A stretch of 64,000 nt of DNA from assembly GCA_038065735.1 (NCBI GenBank), contig JBBTQK010000003.1, forward strand, positions 64,704-128,703. The letters are read 5' to 3'. The notes beneath the pieces are model-generated. The model was not told the DNA's origin. It searched no databases and saw only the letters and a program-made list of their open reading frames with translations. Position 1 is the first letter of the stretch. Each line of letters starts with the position of its first letter. The translations under genes were made by a program, and so were the position numbers. Source of the DNA: Patescibacteria group bacterium (GTDB taxonomy: Bacteria > Patescibacteriota > Gracilibacteria > UBA1369 > LOWO2-01-FULL-3). This document shows positions 1 to 9,617 of this stretch, piece by piece.

Positions 1-74
1 GCCAAGTTGCGAATTAGGGCTGTAGCATTAGCTTTATCTACCTGTAGTCTGATTTTTTTTACTTTATGACGCAT
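1..74 (-). CDS. rplQ: 50S ribosomal protein L17, N-terminal fragment (gene continues past window start)
   Basis: Hand translation of the minus strand from ATG (revcomp of 72-74) gives MRHKVKKIRLQVDKANATALIRNLA, an L17 N-terminus. It lies directly after rpoA, as in the alpha operon. Confidence 0.8.
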   Translation of the reverse strand, partial: MRHKVKKIRLQVDKANATALIRNL

Positions 75-86
75 TGTATATTAAGG

Positions 87-1061
87 TTATTCTTCTGTTA
101 ATTTTAAGCCCTTCTTTTCCAAAGCCTGTGCTACTTCTGTAAGTGCTTTTTTACCAAAACCTCTTAGGTTTGATAATTTGCTTTCTGTACATTTTGACAA
201 TTGCTCGATAGAACCAATTCCGCCGTTAATTAGAGCGTTCAAAGTTCTTGGAGAAAAACCTAGTATTTCAATTGGAGTATAGGATTCTTGAGTTGGCTTG
301 CTTGCTGCCTGTTCCTGTTCTTTTTCCATGATAGACTTGATGTCTGACATGTATCCGCCTTCAACTACAGCGTTTTCAGTGTTGAAAAGGTTATAGTAAG
401 ACTGAAGAATATTTGATGAGAATTTAAGCGCGTCTTCAGGAGAAATAGCTCCGTTAGTTTCGATTTCAAGAGTCAATTTGTCCAAGTTAGTCATCTGACC
501 AACACGGTGAGCTTCTACGTCGTAACGAACTTTTTTGATTGGAGAATATAGAGCATCAAGTAAAACTACCTGAGGATCTTTTTCTTCCTTTTGTCTAGCT
601 GTTGCTGGAATATATCCAACACCTTTTTCAACTCTCATTTCAATCTTTAATTTTGAACCTTTTTCGATTGTGCAAAGATACTGATTTGGATTTAAAATTT
701 CGATGCCAGTAGGACATTTAATGTCTTTAGCAAATACTTCTCCAGGTTTTGATACTTCCAAATGAACCATAGCCATTTCTGGAGTTTCTTTCATAAGATT
801 TACCAACTTAAGGTTTAAGCTTAAGTCTAGAACGCTTTCTTTGATACCTGAGATTGTTGAATACTCATGGCTTATACCTTCAATTTTGATTCCCGTAATG
901 CAAGCACCTGGAAGAGAAGATAAAAGAACTCTTCTCAAACCGTTACCTAATGTAACGCCATAACCTGTTGGAAGCGGACTTAAGGTAAATACCGCATGAT
1001 TATCACCGACTGATTCGGTTTTTAACTTTGGTATCCCTATTTCTGCTTGTATTTGATGCAT
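87..1061 (-). CDS. rpoA: DNA-directed RNA polymerase subunit alpha
   Basis: 324-aa ORF with N-terminal TLGNGLRRVLLSSLPG and a C-terminal alpha-CTD helix-hairpin-helix (LGFSPRTLNALINGGIGSIEQL). Alpha-operon position. Confidence 0.97.
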   Translation of the reverse strand: MHQIQAEIGIPKLKTESVGDNHAVFTLSPLPTGYGVTLGNGLRRVLLSSLPGACITGIKIEGISHEYSTISGIKESVLDLSLNLKLVNLMKETPEMAMVHLEVSKPGEVFAKDIKCPTGIEILNPNQYLCTIEKGSKLKIEMRVEKGVGYIPATARQKEEKDPQVVLLDALYSPIKKVRYDVEAHRVGQMTNLDKLTLEIETNGAISPEDALKFSSNILQSYYNLFNTENAVVEGGYMSDIKSIMEKEQEQAASKPTQESYTPIEILGFSPRTLNALINGGIGSIEQLSKCTESKLSNLRGFGKKALTEVAQALEKKGLKLTEE

Positions 1062-1095
1062 TTTAATTTTGTTATGAGCTAGAGGGAAAGGTTGA

Positions 1096-1710
1096 TTATT
1101 TAGAATAGAACTCAGTGATCAATTGATGATCAAATATTTGTTCGATATCATCCTTACCCGGAATTGCGAGTACTTCACCCTTTAGGTTTGTGATATCAGC
1201 GGAAATCCATTTTGGCGTTTTATACTTAGCTTTTTTAACTTCTTCAAAAAGTTTTGAAGCTTTTTTCTTGTCCATAACTTCAAATTTGTCGCCAGCCTTT
1301 ATTAGAATAGATGGTGTTTTAGCTCTTTTTCCATTTAAAGCCACTAATCCATGGCTGATCATCTGTCTTGCCTGAGGTCTTGTTTGAGCTAATCCAGCCC
1401 TGTAGACAACGTTATCAAATCTTTGTTCAAGTAAAGTAAGGTATTTGATACCAGTAATTTCACTGCTCTTTGAAGCTAGATCATAGCATTTCCTAGATTG
1501 TTTTTCTGTAATACCAAACATAAAACGAGCTTTTTGTTTCTCCAATAGCTGTTTGCTGTACTGTGAAACTGCTGAGAATCTTTTTTGACCATGTAAACCA
1601 GGCTTGTAGTTTTTCTTAGTAAAAGCTTTGTTTTTGCTTTCGCCGTTTGTAAACAAGGCAACTCCTAATCTTCTTGAAATGCGCGTTACTGGTCCGGTAT
1701 GTCTTGACAT
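1096..1710 (-). CDS. rpsD: 30S ribosomal protein S4
   Basis: MSRHTGPVTRISRRLG N-terminus plus an S4 RNA-binding domain. Lies between rpsK and rpoA. Confidence 0.97.
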   Translation of the reverse strand: MSRHTGPVTRISRRLGVALFTNGESKNKAFTKKNYKPGLHGQKRFSAVSQYSKQLLEKQKARFMFGITEKQSRKCYDLASKSSEITGIKYLTLLEQRFDNVVYRAGLAQTRPQARQMISHGLVALNGKRAKTPSILIKAGDKFEVMDKKKASKLFEEVKKAKYKTPKWISADITNLKGEVLAIPGKDDIEQIFDHQLITEFYSK

Positions 1711-1740
1711 AATATTTTTACTTAATTGAGATTAATTTTG

Positions 1741-1802
1741 GGGGATATGGTGTTTCGGGCTTGGCCGAAACCTTTTGCTATACTTAGGCAACAAGTTGCC
1801 TG
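1741..1802 (-). repeat. REP-like composite intergenic element, copy 1 (GGGATA box, TTTCGG/CCGAAA hairpin, spacer, stop-abutting palindrome)
   Basis: Hairpin GTTTCGGGCTTGGCCGAAAC (1752-1771) and palindrome AGGCAACAAGTTGCCT (1786-1801). Near-identical to 4602-4663 and clearly related to 8432-8493. Confidence 0.75.
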
Positions 1803-2270
1803 TTAGATCCTTCTTGCTTTCTTTTTACGGCAACCATTGTGTGGCATTGGAGTTAAGTCGCTGATAGATAACAAATCCAATCCTTTTGCAATAAGTCCTC
1901 TGATTGACTGTTCTCTACCGCTACCTACGCCGGTAATAAATACGTGAATTTTTTCTAGACCATAAACTTTAGCTTTTTCAGCAGCGTTTTCTGCAGATAT
2001 CTGAGCGGCATAAGGAGTTGCCTTTCTAGCACCCTTAAATCCACTAGAACCTGAGCTACTCCATGAAAGTACGTTACCTTCTGGATCAGTTAAAGTAATT
2101 ATAGTATTGTTGTAAGAAGCCTGAACATAAGCTTTACCCTGAACCACGGTTCTTTTTCTACTTCTACTCTTTTTAGCCGGTTTTTTTGAATCAGCCTTTT
2201 CTGCTGCAGATCCAGCCTTATTGCCCTTTTCGGATTTTCCGGTTTTTCCTTTTTTAGCTTCTTCTGCCAT
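1803..2270 (-). CDS. rpsK: 30S ribosomal protein S11 with a ~40-aa Lys-rich N-terminal extension
   Basis: C-terminal 115 aa match S11 (ASYNNTIITLTD, GFKGARKATPYAAQ, HNGCRKKKARR). Operon position. Confidence 0.96.
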   Translation of the reverse strand: MAEEAKKGKTGKSEKGNKAGSAAEKADSKKPAKKSRSRKRTVVQGKAYVQASYNNTIITLTDPEGNVLSWSSSGSSGFKGARKATPYAAQISAENAAEKAKVYGLEKIHVFITGVGSGREQSIRGLIAKGLDLLSISDLTPMPHNGCRKKKARRI

Positions 2271-2294
2271 GATAAGTTTATAGATTAATTAAAA

Positions 2295-2669
2295 TTATTT
2301 AGCTACTACTTTCTTGTTAGCAATAGTCTTCTTTCTACCCTTTCTTGTACGGCAGTTGTAACGAGTACGCTGACCTCTAGCTGGTAGTCCTTTTTTATGT
2401 CTTACTCCACGGTAAGCACCAATTTCCTGTAAATGCTTGATATCCATGGCAACTTTTCTTCTCAAGTCACCTTCAGTGGAAGAACGAGCAATTATTTCAC
2501 GAAGTTTGACAACGTCTTCTTCGCTTAAAGCTTCAACTTTTATATTTTTATCAACATTTGCTTCCTTAAGAATTGCAGCACTTAACTTTCTGCCAATACC
2601 GTGTATTGCCGTTAAACCAATTTCGATTCTTTTTTCTTTTGGTAGATTTATACCTGCTATACGAGCCAT
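2295..2669 (-). CDS. rpsM: 30S ribosomal protein S13
   Basis: MARIAGINLP N-terminus, 124 aa, operon position. Confidence 0.97.
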   Translation of the reverse strand: MARIAGINLPKEKRIEIGLTAIHGIGRKLSAAILKEANVDKNIKVEALSEEDVVKLREIIARSSTEGDLRRKVAMDIKHLQEIGAYRGVRHKKGLPARGQRTRYNCRTRKGRKKTIANKKVVAK

Positions 2670-2707
2670 GTGTGAAGAAGCTTAAATATTAAAAATAACA
2701 AACAGAA

Positions 2708-2824
2708 TTAACCCTGTCTTTGTTTATGACGTTTTTCTTTTTTACAGATGATACGTACTACTCCTCTTCTGTTTACTATCTGACAGAAGTCACATATCGG
2801 CTTTACTGATGCTTTAACTTTCAT
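2708..2824 (-). CDS. rpmJ: 50S ribosomal protein L36
   Basis: Not in the ORF track. Hand translation of the minus strand gives [38 protein letters not shown] (38 aa, Cys3-His zinc motif). Lies between infA and rpsM. Confidence 0.93.
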   Translation of the reverse strand: MKVKASVKPICDFCQIVNRRGVVRIICKKEKRHKQRQG

Positions 2825-2842
2825 ATTCTGTATTCTATGTAA

Positions 2843-3097
2843 TTATGTAGTTTTTTTAGGGGGCTGGCCTTCAAATTTGCCAGTATTTCTGTAAGTAATG
2901 CGACCTTTTGAGAGATCGTAAGTGCTGAATACAACAGTTACCTTGTCTCCAGGAAGAATTTTTATGAAATTTTTCCTCATTTTTCCAGCTAGGTAAGCTG
3001 TTATTGTTCTGCCATCTTCTAGTAGAATTTTAAACTCAGTATTTGGTAATGGTTCTATAACCGTTCCCTGAATCTGAATTTCTTCTTCTTTAGCCAT
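2843..3097 (-). CDS. infA: translation initiation factor IF-1
   Basis: S1-like fold sequence [43 protein letters not shown], with a short basic C-terminal tail. Confidence 0.95.
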   Translation of the reverse strand: MAKEEEIQIQGTVIEPLPNTEFKILLEDGRTITAYLAGKMRKNFIKILPGDKVTVVFSTYDLSKGRITYRNTGKFEGQPPKKTT

Positions 3098-3203
3098 TAA
3101 TTACGCCCATTAAATTGCCTTTTTTAGCCTTAATTTGATGAAAAAAAGCGTTTGGATCTTACACGATAGATTTTGCTTGTGCAAGTGATTTTTTAAATTT
3201 TGA

Positions 3204-3953
3204 CTATTCGGTCAAAATTTCACAGCCATTCTGGGTTATCAAAATGGTATTTTCGACTTGTACAGCGGCAGATCCATCTACCGTAACTAGGGTCCATCCG
3301 TCTGATAAACATTTCATTTTTCCGCTTCCGGCAGCAAAAATTGGCTCGATGGCAAGGCACATTCCTTCTTTTAAAGTAGGTCCTGAATTGCCATCCCAAT
3401 AATTTATTACCGTTGGACTCTCGTGTAATTTTCTACCAATACCATGTCCGGTTAGCTCTTTTACAATGTTAAACCCCTCTTTTTCTACGATTTTTTGAAT
3501 TAATTTTCCAATTTCATTTAAATGTAGACCTGGTTTTATAATGTCTAATGCAGAATAAAGTGCGTGATAAGCTGTTTTGATTAATCTAGTTTTTTGCTCA
3601 TCGATTTTGCCGATGCCGATTGAACGTGCCGCATCTGAATACATGCCTTTATAAATAACCCCACCGTCAATTGTTAGCAAATCTCCATCTTTAAGAATTT
3701 TGTTCTTTTTTGGAATACCGTGAACGATTTCTTCATTTACGGCTAGACACAAAGTATGTTTAAAACCATTAAATCCTTTAAAAGCGGGGATACCACCATT
3801 TGCTCTGATAAATTTTTCTGCGAATTCGTCCAATTCTAAAGTAGACATTCCAGCTTTTGCTATCTTTGAAGTCTCTTCTAGTGTTTTTGCTAGAATCTTG
3901 GCGCTGTGGCGCATGTACTCGATTTCCTCTGGGGTTTTAATATTTGTGCTCAT
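3204..3953 (-). CDS. map: methionine aminopeptidase, type I
   Basis: 249 aa with a pita-bread fold pattern (metal-ligand contexts DGGVIYKGMYSDAARS, GHGIG, LAIEP). Follows adk. Confidence 0.93.
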   Translation of the reverse strand: MSTNIKTPEEIEYMRHSAKILAKTLEETSKIAKAGMSTLELDEFAEKFIRANGGIPAFKGFNGFKHTLCLAVNEEIVHGIPKKNKILKDGDLLTIDGGVIYKGMYSDAARSIGIGKIDEQKTRLIKTAYHALYSALDIIKPGLHLNEIGKLIQKIVEKEGFNIVKELTGHGIGRKLHESPTVINYWDGNSGPTLKEGMCLAIEPIFAAGSGKMKCLSDGWTLVTVDGSAAVQVENTILITQNGCEILTE

Positions 3954-4586
3954 TTAAGTACCCATTATAGGCTCTAATTTTTCAAAAGCCAGTTTTTTTA
4001 CTTCTTCGATTGAAGATTCACCGTCAATTGTGATCATTTTGTCTTCGTAGAGTTTGATTGCTGGAATGGTTTCGTGTTCAAAAGCGTCTAGGCGGTTTTT
4101 TATTGCCTCTGGGTTATCATCTGAACGGGTAATCAAATCACCTCCACATGTACATTTTTCACCTGAGTAGTCGGCTGGGTAAATTGTCTTACACACAGCA
4201 CAGATTCGGCGAGTGGTTAGACGTTTTAGAGCTGTTTCTTTAGCAATGTTAATTAACACCGCTTTGTAATTGCGATTATGTTTTTGTAGTAGTTCGTTTA
4301 GTGAATGGGCCTGGTCTACCTTTCTTGGAATACCGTCAAAAAGGATGGAGGCACCGGCGGATAGGTGATTCATAAAGTTCTCAACTATTTCCATCACAAC
4401 TTCATTTGGTACTAAATTTCCCGCTTCGATAATTGATTTAACTTTTCTTGAAAGTTCACTGTCTTCCTGTGCTAATTTTCTTAATTCACCTCCAGTTTCA
4501 AAAATCTGAAGATTGTATTTTTCTGCTACAGCCTTACTTAGAGTTCCTTTACCTGCTCCTTGCATGCCAAAGAATATTAGATCCAT
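3954..4586 (-). CDS. adk: adenylate kinase (Cys4 zinc lid)
   Basis: P-loop GMQGAGKGT, lid CAVC...CTCGG, spc-operon position. Confidence 0.95.
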   Translation of the reverse strand: MDLIFFGMQGAGKGTLSKAVAEKYNLQIFETGGELRKLAQEDSELSRKVKSIIEAGNLVPNEVVMEIVENFMNHLSAGASILFDGIPRKVDQAHSLNELLQKHNRNYKAVLINIAKETALKRLTTRRICAVCKTIYPADYSGEKCTCGGDLITRSDDNPEAIKNRLDAFEHETIPAIKLYEDKMITIDGESSIEEVKKLAFEKLEPIMGT

Positions 4587-4601
4587 GTAGATAGGGTTTA
4601 T

Positions 4602-4663
4602 TGGGATATTGTGTTTCGGTCTTGGCCGAAACTTTTGCTATACTTAGGCAACTTCGTTGCCTG
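4602..4663 (-). repeat. REP-like composite intergenic element, copy 2
   Basis: Hairpin GTTTCGGTCTTGGCCGAAAC (4613-4632) and hairpin AGGCAACTTCGTTGCCT (4646-4662), one nt before the secY stop. Differs from copy 1 at only a handful of positions. Confidence 0.75.
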
Positions 4664-5962
4664 CTAATAGAACTTTTTGTAGTCGTGCATTACCAACTGA
4701 GTGTTGATTTGTCTGATTAATTCTAGGACTACACCAACGATGATGATAATTCCAGCGCCTGAGATAAGTAGGGGAACGTTGCCAACGCCGCTGCTGCTAA
4801 ATGCAAATTGAGTTAATATTGGTAGGATACCAATGAAGGCGATGAATAAAGCTCCGTAGAATGTTAATCTGCTGCTCACTGTTTTAAGATATTCAGAAGT
4901 TTGTGTCCCTGGTCTGATACCTGGAATGTATCCACCTCTTTTTTGAATATTTTCAGCGATTTCTTCTGGTTTAAATGTGATTGAAACGTAGAAGAAAGTG
5001 AAGGCAATGATTAATAGGAAGTAAACTATCATGTATGAAACACTGTTTGGGGTGAACAGGCTCGTCATAGTTGCGCCTAAACTCTGCAACCATTCTGACT
5101 TAGCATTTACAAAGAATTGGCCTAGGATACCAGGAAAACTAACTAACGCTACCGCAAAGATGATAGGAATCATACCTGCTTGATTTATTCTGATAGGAAA
5201 GAAAGCATCTTCGCCTTTTGCACGGACACCACGTCCAGCATAGGTGAGTGGTATTTTGCGTTGAGCTTCATTCACCAAAATTACAACTGTAATCAAGATG
5301 ATAGTTAGTAACGTAACGATAATAAAAGGAATCAATTTGCTCTCGTCGTTTTGTGCCAAAAATAGTCCCTGTCCAATCTGTTGAGGAATACTTGCAATAA
5401 TACCTGCAAAGATAAGAACTGAGATACCATTTCCAATACCTTTTTCTGTAATTTGTTCACCAATCCATACCAATAACAAGGTACCTGCAGATATAGTTAA
5501 CATTATAGGTAGAATAACTGCCGGATCAGTAATGTTTTCTACGATTGGGATTTGTGATTGAGAATTTAATAGGATAATCATTCCATATGACTGTAAGAAA
5601 GCCAAAGGAAGAGTTAACCAGCGAGTATATGAGTTTAATTTTCTTCTGCCTGCGTCGCCCTCTTTTGAAAGGTTTTCCATCTTTGGAACGATAACGGTCA
5701 ACAACTGGATAATGATAGAAGCGTTAATGTATGGAGAAATACCCATCAATACGATTGAGAATGTTTCAGTGCTGCCACCAGTTAAAAGACTGAACATTTC
5801 TAGTAGTTCATTCTGGTTTGAAAAAGCTGCTAGAGCAGCAGTATTTGCTCCAGGAACTGTAATATGGGCAATGAGCCTATAAAGGGCTAGAGCACCAAGG
5901 GTGAAAAGGATTTTTTTTCTTAAATCCGGGGAATTCCAGATCTGGCTTAAGTACTTAAACAT
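4664..5962 (-). CDS. secY: preprotein translocase subunit SecY
   Basis: 432-aa multi-pass membrane protein with a SecY-type N-terminus (LRKKILFTLGALALYRL). Lies between rplO and adk. Confidence 0.96.
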   Translation of the reverse strand: MFKYLSQIWNSPDLRKKILFTLGALALYRLIAHITVPGANTAALAAFSNQNELLEMFSLLTGGSTETFSIVLMGISPYINASIIIQLLTVIVPKMENLSKEGDAGRRKLNSYTRWLTLPLAFLQSYGMIILLNSQSQIPIVENITDPAVILPIMLTISAGTLLLVWIGEQITEKGIGNGISVLIFAGIIASIPQQIGQGLFLAQNDESKLIPFIIVTLLTIILITVVILVNEAQRKIPLTYAGRGVRAKGEDAFFPIRINQAGMIPIIFAVALVSFPGILGQFFVNAKSEWLQSLGATMTSLFTPNSVSYMIVYFLLIIAFTFFYVSITFKPEEIAENIQKRGGYIPGIRPGTQTSEYLKTVSSRLTFYGALFIAFIGILPILTQFAFSSSGVGNVPLLISGAGIIIIVGVVLELIRQINTQLVMHDYKKFY

Positions 5963-6410
5963 CTTTTGAAATTAAAACTTTTACTTTACCTTTATTGTCT
6001 TCAACAGCTTTGATTGCTTCAACTGACGCTTTGTGTACAGTTATGTTCAAAGTCTTCTCTAGCTTGCCGTTCCCAAGTAGTTTAACAGGTTTATTCTTTT
6101 TTGAAATTAATTTTTTAGCTAGAAGGCTTTCTAGATTAACTTCTGCATTATTATCAAAAACATTTAAAGCCTCTACGTTTACAATCTGATAATCAACGTG
6201 ATTAGGATTTTTGAAACCCTTTAGTTTAGGCATTCTTCTTAAAGCTGGAGTTTGTCCACCTTCGAATCCAGGTCTTCTTGTACCACCTGAACGAGCAGTT
6301 TGGCCTTTACCACCACGTGTACTAAATGTTCCACGACCAGAACCATTACCACGTCCAACTATTTTCCTACGTTTTTTGCCTGATTTGCTTTTTAATTCGA
6401 GTAGAGACAT
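5955..6410 (-). CDS. rplO: 50S ribosomal protein L15
   Basis: GRGNGSGRGTFSTRGGKGQ motif. Follows rpsE directly, with no rpmD between them. Confidence 0.96.
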   Translation of the reverse strand: MSLLELKSKSGKKRRKIVGRGNGSGRGTFSTRGGKGQTARSGGTRRPGFEGGQTPALRRMPKLKGFKNPNHVDYQIVNVEALNVFDNNAEVNLESLLAKKLISKKNKPVKLLGNGKLEKTLNITVHKASVEAIKAVEDNKGKVKVLISKDV

Positions 6411-6432
6411 TTTAATTTAATTATTTATAGAA

Positions 6433-6996
6433 TTATTCTGCTTTTGCCGCTGCCACAGGAGCTGGAGCTGGCTGAATAGGTTTAGCTGCGGCTCTTTTTG
6501 CTGCCGTTCTAATCATTTTTGGATTTGCTCTTAGAGTTTTAAGAGCTTGGATAGCTGCTTTAGTGTTATTAAGTTTATTATTAGCACCAAAACATTTACT
6601 TAGGATATCTTTTACACCTGTTAATTCTAGAACTTTACGAACCGCACTACCAGCGATAAGACCTGTACCTTGTACGGCTGGCATCATAATCATTTTAGCT
6701 GCTTTGTATTTAACGCCAATTCTATGAGGAATAGTTGTTCCATCTAAAACAATAACGTTAAGTTTCTTTTTTGCTTTGTTGATAGCTTTTTGAATAGCTC
6801 CAGTTACTTCGTTTGATTTACCAACACCAAAGCCAACTTTTCCTTTTCTATTTCCAATAACAACAGTAGCTCTAAAACGCATTTTTCTACCACCTTTAAC
6901 TACTCTGGTAACTCTATCGATTTGAATTACTTCTTCATCGAATTCCTTTTGTTCTTTCTTTACGAAACCTGCATTTTTTGATCCTGGCTTTTGCAT
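6433..6996 (-). CDS. rpsE: 30S ribosomal protein S5
   Basis: [21 protein letters not shown] and GTGLIAG motifs, with an Ala/Pro-rich C-terminal tail. Confidence 0.96.
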   Translation of the reverse strand: MQKPGSKNAGFVKKEQKEFDEEVIQIDRVTRVVKGGRKMRFRATVVIGNRKGKVGFGVGKSNEVTGAIQKAINKAKKKLNVIVLDGTTIPHRIGVKYKAAKMIMMPAVQGTGLIAGSAVRKVLELTGVKDILSKCFGANNKLNNTKAAIQALKTLRANPKMIRTAAKRAAAKPIQPAPAPVAAAKAE

Positions 6997-7011
6997 GTGA
7001 TATTTATAGTG

Positions 7012-7359
7012 TTAGAATTTAAGGCCGCCTTCTCTAGCTCCGTCGGCTAAGGCTTTGATTCGGCCGTGGTATTTGTAACCATTGCGGTCAAAAACTACTT
7101 TTTCAACTTTCTTTTCGGTAGCTACTTTTGCAAGAGCTGTTCCTACTTCTTTTGATTTATCAGTTTTTGTTGCTTTAGTTTTAATCTTAAGGTCTGAGGC
7201 ACTAGCTAATACTTTACCGGTTTCATCATTGATAATCTGAGCGGAAATATGAGTCAAGCTTCTAAAAACTACTAAACGTGGTCTTTCGCCTGTTCCTTTA
7301 ATTTTGCTGCGAATTCTCGCTTTTCTTCTCTCCCTTAATGTTACTTTTTGGTTGGACAT
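7012..7359 (-). CDS. rplR: 50S ribosomal protein L18
   Basis: [10 protein letters not shown]...RPRLVVFRS pattern, operon position. Confidence 0.96.
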   Translation of the reverse strand: MSNQKVTLRERRKARIRSKIKGTGERPRLVVFRSLTHISAQIINDETGKVLASASDLKIKTKATKTDKSKEVGTALAKVATEKKVEKVVFDRNGYKYHGRIKALADGAREGGLKF

Positions 7360-7391
7360 CTTAATTATTTATTAAATGTTCTTAGTTATTA

Positions 7392-7946
7392 TTATTTAGC
7401 ACCTGCGCCAGCAGCTTTACCAGCCTTGCGAACGATCTTTTCATCAATATATTTGATACCTTTTCCTTTGTATGGTTCCGGTTCTTTGAATGAACGTACT
7501 TTTGCAGCAACTTCACCAACGGTTTGTTTGTCTATACCCTCAATAGTAATGATGTTCTTGTTTTCACCATCAGCCTTGAATTCGATACCAACTGGGGCAA
7601 CGTATTCGATTGGGTGAGAGAAACCAAGATTCAATGTGATCTTATTCTTATTTGGCTGTGCCTTGTAACCTACTCCGATAATTTCTAATTTTTTTGAATA
7701 ACCTTTTGTTACACCTTCTACCATGTTGGCTATAAGGTTTCTAGTTAGTCCATGGAGAGCTCTATCTGATTTTTCTTCGCTTGGTCTTTTAACTACAATT
7801 GAATTTTCCACAGATTCGATCTGCATTCTCAAATGAAAGTCTTTTTTAAGTTCACCCTTTGGACCCTTTACCATTACAGTATTACCTGTAATTTGTACAG
7901 TTACTCCGCTAGGGATTACTACTGGTTTTTTTCCTACTCTTGACAT
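7392..7946 (-). CDS. rplF: 50S ribosomal protein L6
   Basis: MSRVGKKPVVIPSGV N-terminus, 184 aa. Confidence 0.96.
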   Translation of the reverse strand: MSRVGKKPVVIPSGVTVQITGNTVMVKGPKGELKKDFHLRMQIESVENSIVVKRPSEEKSDRALHGLTRNLIANMVEGVTKGYSKKLEIIGVGYKAQPNKNKITLNLGFSHPIEYVAPVGIEFKADGENKNIITIEGIDKQTVGEVAAKVRSFKEPEPYKGKGIKYIDEKIVRKAGKAAGAGAK

Positions 7947-7995
7947 ATATAAGTTGATTTAATTTAGAAAGGGGACAGGGGGTTAGGACGGTGCC

Positions 7996-8011
7996 GGGCG
8001 ACAAGTCGCCT
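7996..8011 (-). repeat. stop-abutting palindromic hairpin (GGCGAC-AA-GTCGCC; CUUG loop on the mRNA)
   Basis: Perfect palindrome at 7997-8010, 3 nt from the rpsH stop. The same 14-mer occurs at 23855-23868. Confidence 0.65.
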
Positions 8012-8013
8012 GA

Positions 8014-8397
8014 TTAATAAAGTTCGCAGATGAGCTCTCCTCCAAGGTTCTTTTTCTTTGCTTCTTTTGTAGTCATGATTCCTTGTGATGTAGAAATTAT
8101 CGCAATACCAAGGTCGCTAACTACTGGTCTAATATCTGCTTTCTTGATGTAAATTCTTTGTCCTGGCTTACTTACACGTTTTAAAGTCAATTTGCTTACA
8201 TGATCTTTTAACGTTACTTCCAAAACTTTGCCAGTTTCGTAATCTTCCACCTTAAAGCTTTCGATAAAGCCATTCTCTTTAATAACTTTTAGAATGCTCT
8301 CTTTTACTTGAGAATGAGGAATTGATACATTTTCATGGTGAGCCATGATAGCGTTCCTGATTCTAGTTAACATATCTGATATTGGGTCTGTATACAT
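8014..8397 (-). CDS. rpsH: 30S ribosomal protein S8
   Basis: DPISDMLTRIRNA N-terminus, 127 aa. Confidence 0.97.
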   Translation of the reverse strand: MYTDPISDMLTRIRNAIMAHHENVSIPHSQVKESILKVIKENGFIESFKVEDYETGKVLEVTLKDHVSKLTLKRVSKPGQRIYIKKADIRPVVSDLGIAIISTSQGIMTTKEAKKKNLGGELICELY

Positions 8398-8431
8398 ATA
8401 GTTTATTTACTTAGTTTAAGTTGGGATAATG

Positions 8432-8493
8432 TTGGGATAGGGTGTTTCGGGCTTAGCCGAAACTCTTTGCTCTATTTAGAGCGCAAGCGCTCT
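8432..8493 (-). repeat. REP-like composite intergenic element, copy 3 (diverged)
   Basis: Hairpin GTTTCGGGCTTAGCCGAAAC (8444-8463) and palindrome AGAGCGCAAGCGCTCT (8478-8493) touching the rpsN stop. A TTGGGATA box is duplicated upstream. Confidence 0.7.
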
Positions 8494-8717
8494 TACCAAG
8501 AAGACTTAGTAACTCCCATGACTTTTCCTTCACGGGCTAACTCACGGAAACAAATTCTGCAAGTTTCGAACTTTCTCATATAACCTTTAACTCTTCCGCA
8601 GAGTTTGCAACGATTATAGATTTTTGTAGGATGAGTCAGCTTTTTACCAGCAGCACGTTCCTTCGCAGCTCTTAACTTACGTCCGTTTGTCTTATTGATT
8701 AGGGATTTTTTTGCCAT
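8493..8717 (-). CDS. rpsN: 30S ribosomal protein S14 (zinc-ribbon type)
   Basis: 74 aa with CKLCGR...CRIC and a C-terminal KSSW. Confidence 0.95.
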   Translation of the reverse strand: MAKKSLINKTNGRKLRAAKERAAGKKLTHPTKIYNRCKLCGRVKGYMRKFETCRICFRELAREGKVMGVTKSSW

Positions 8718-8730
8718 TTTCTTGATTGAT

Positions 8731-9285
8731 TTATTTAGTTCTAAATGGGAAACCTAGTGCCTTTAATAGTTCGCGTCCTTCGTTATCATCTTTTGCATTT
8801 GTAGTAATGATAACCTGCAAAGGATGTAACTTGATAACATCGTCCGGACTGATTTCAGGGAAAACGATGTGTTCTTTGAATCCAAGAGCGTAATTTCCTT
8901 TGCCGTCAAAAGATTTTGGTGAGATACCACGGAAATCTCTTACACGAGGGAAAACTATATTAACTAGCTTGTTCAAAAAATCATACATTCTTCTACCTCT
9001 TAAGATAGTCACAATTCCGATAACTTCATTCTCCTTAACTTTGAAGTTTGAAATCGCTTTACGTGCTTTTGTTAGGACTGCCTTCTGGCCACTGATCTTA
9101 ACTATATTTTCAACTACATTTGAATAATCTTTGTTGTGAGTTTTTACGTAAGTTCCAATACCAACGTTGATTGTTATCTTGGTAACTTTTGGTACTCTCA
9201 TGATGCTCTTTGCACCTAAAGTTTCTTTAAGCTTAGGAGCAATCTCAGTTTTAAATCTAGTTTGTAAGTCTATTGCTTTTGACAT
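8731..9285 (-). CDS. rplE: 50S ribosomal protein L5
   Basis: 184 aa, [13 protein letters not shown] motif, spc-operon position. Confidence 0.96.
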   Translation of the reverse strand: MSKAIDLQTRFKTEIAPKLKETLGAKSIMRVPKVTKITINVGIGTYVKTHNKDYSNVVENIVKISGQKAVLTKARKAISNFKVKENEVIGIVTILRGRRMYDFLNKLVNIVFPRVRDFRGISPKSFDGKGNYALGFKEHIVFPEISPDDVIKLHPLQVIITTNAKDDNEGRELLKALGFPFRTK

Positions 9286-9608
9286 TATGGTTTCTTAGTT
9301 ATTTTATCTTGGATTGCATTACATTTTTTGCAAAATCTCTGTTTTTTACCATCTTCTACCTCGTATCCAACTCTAGTCTTTTTGCCACAACTTGTGCATA
9401 CCAACATTACGTTTGAAGCATCAATAGGGGCCTCGAATTGAATTCTTTCTCCTGGCTTGCTATTACTCTTTTTAATGAACTTAGTGTGCATGTTAATTTT
9501 TTCAACCACAATCTTGTTTTGTTTTACCAAAACTTTAACCACTTTGCTCTTTTTGCCCTTATCTTTTCCGGCAATTACTTCTACTTGATCATTTAATTTT
9601 ACTTTCAT
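9285..9608 (-). CDS. rplX: 50S ribosomal protein L24
   Basis: KOW motif VIAGKDKGK and a CxxC...CxxC insertion. Confidence 0.95.
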   Translation of the reverse strand: MKVKLNDQVEVIAGKDKGKKSKVVKVLVKQNKIVVEKINMHTKFIKKSNSKPGERIQFEAPIDASNVMLVCTSCGKKTRVGYEVEDGKKQRFCKKCNAIQDKITKKP

Positions 9609-9617
9609 ATTGTTTAA

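Noticed and set aside
3098-3203. Possible promoter or terminator in the map-infA spacer (TTGCAC-17-TAAGAT on the minus strand, with a weak CTTG/CAAG stem).
   Set aside because: The hexamers are poor and the stem has only 4 bp with a 2-nt loop. This is not distinguishable from AT-rich background.
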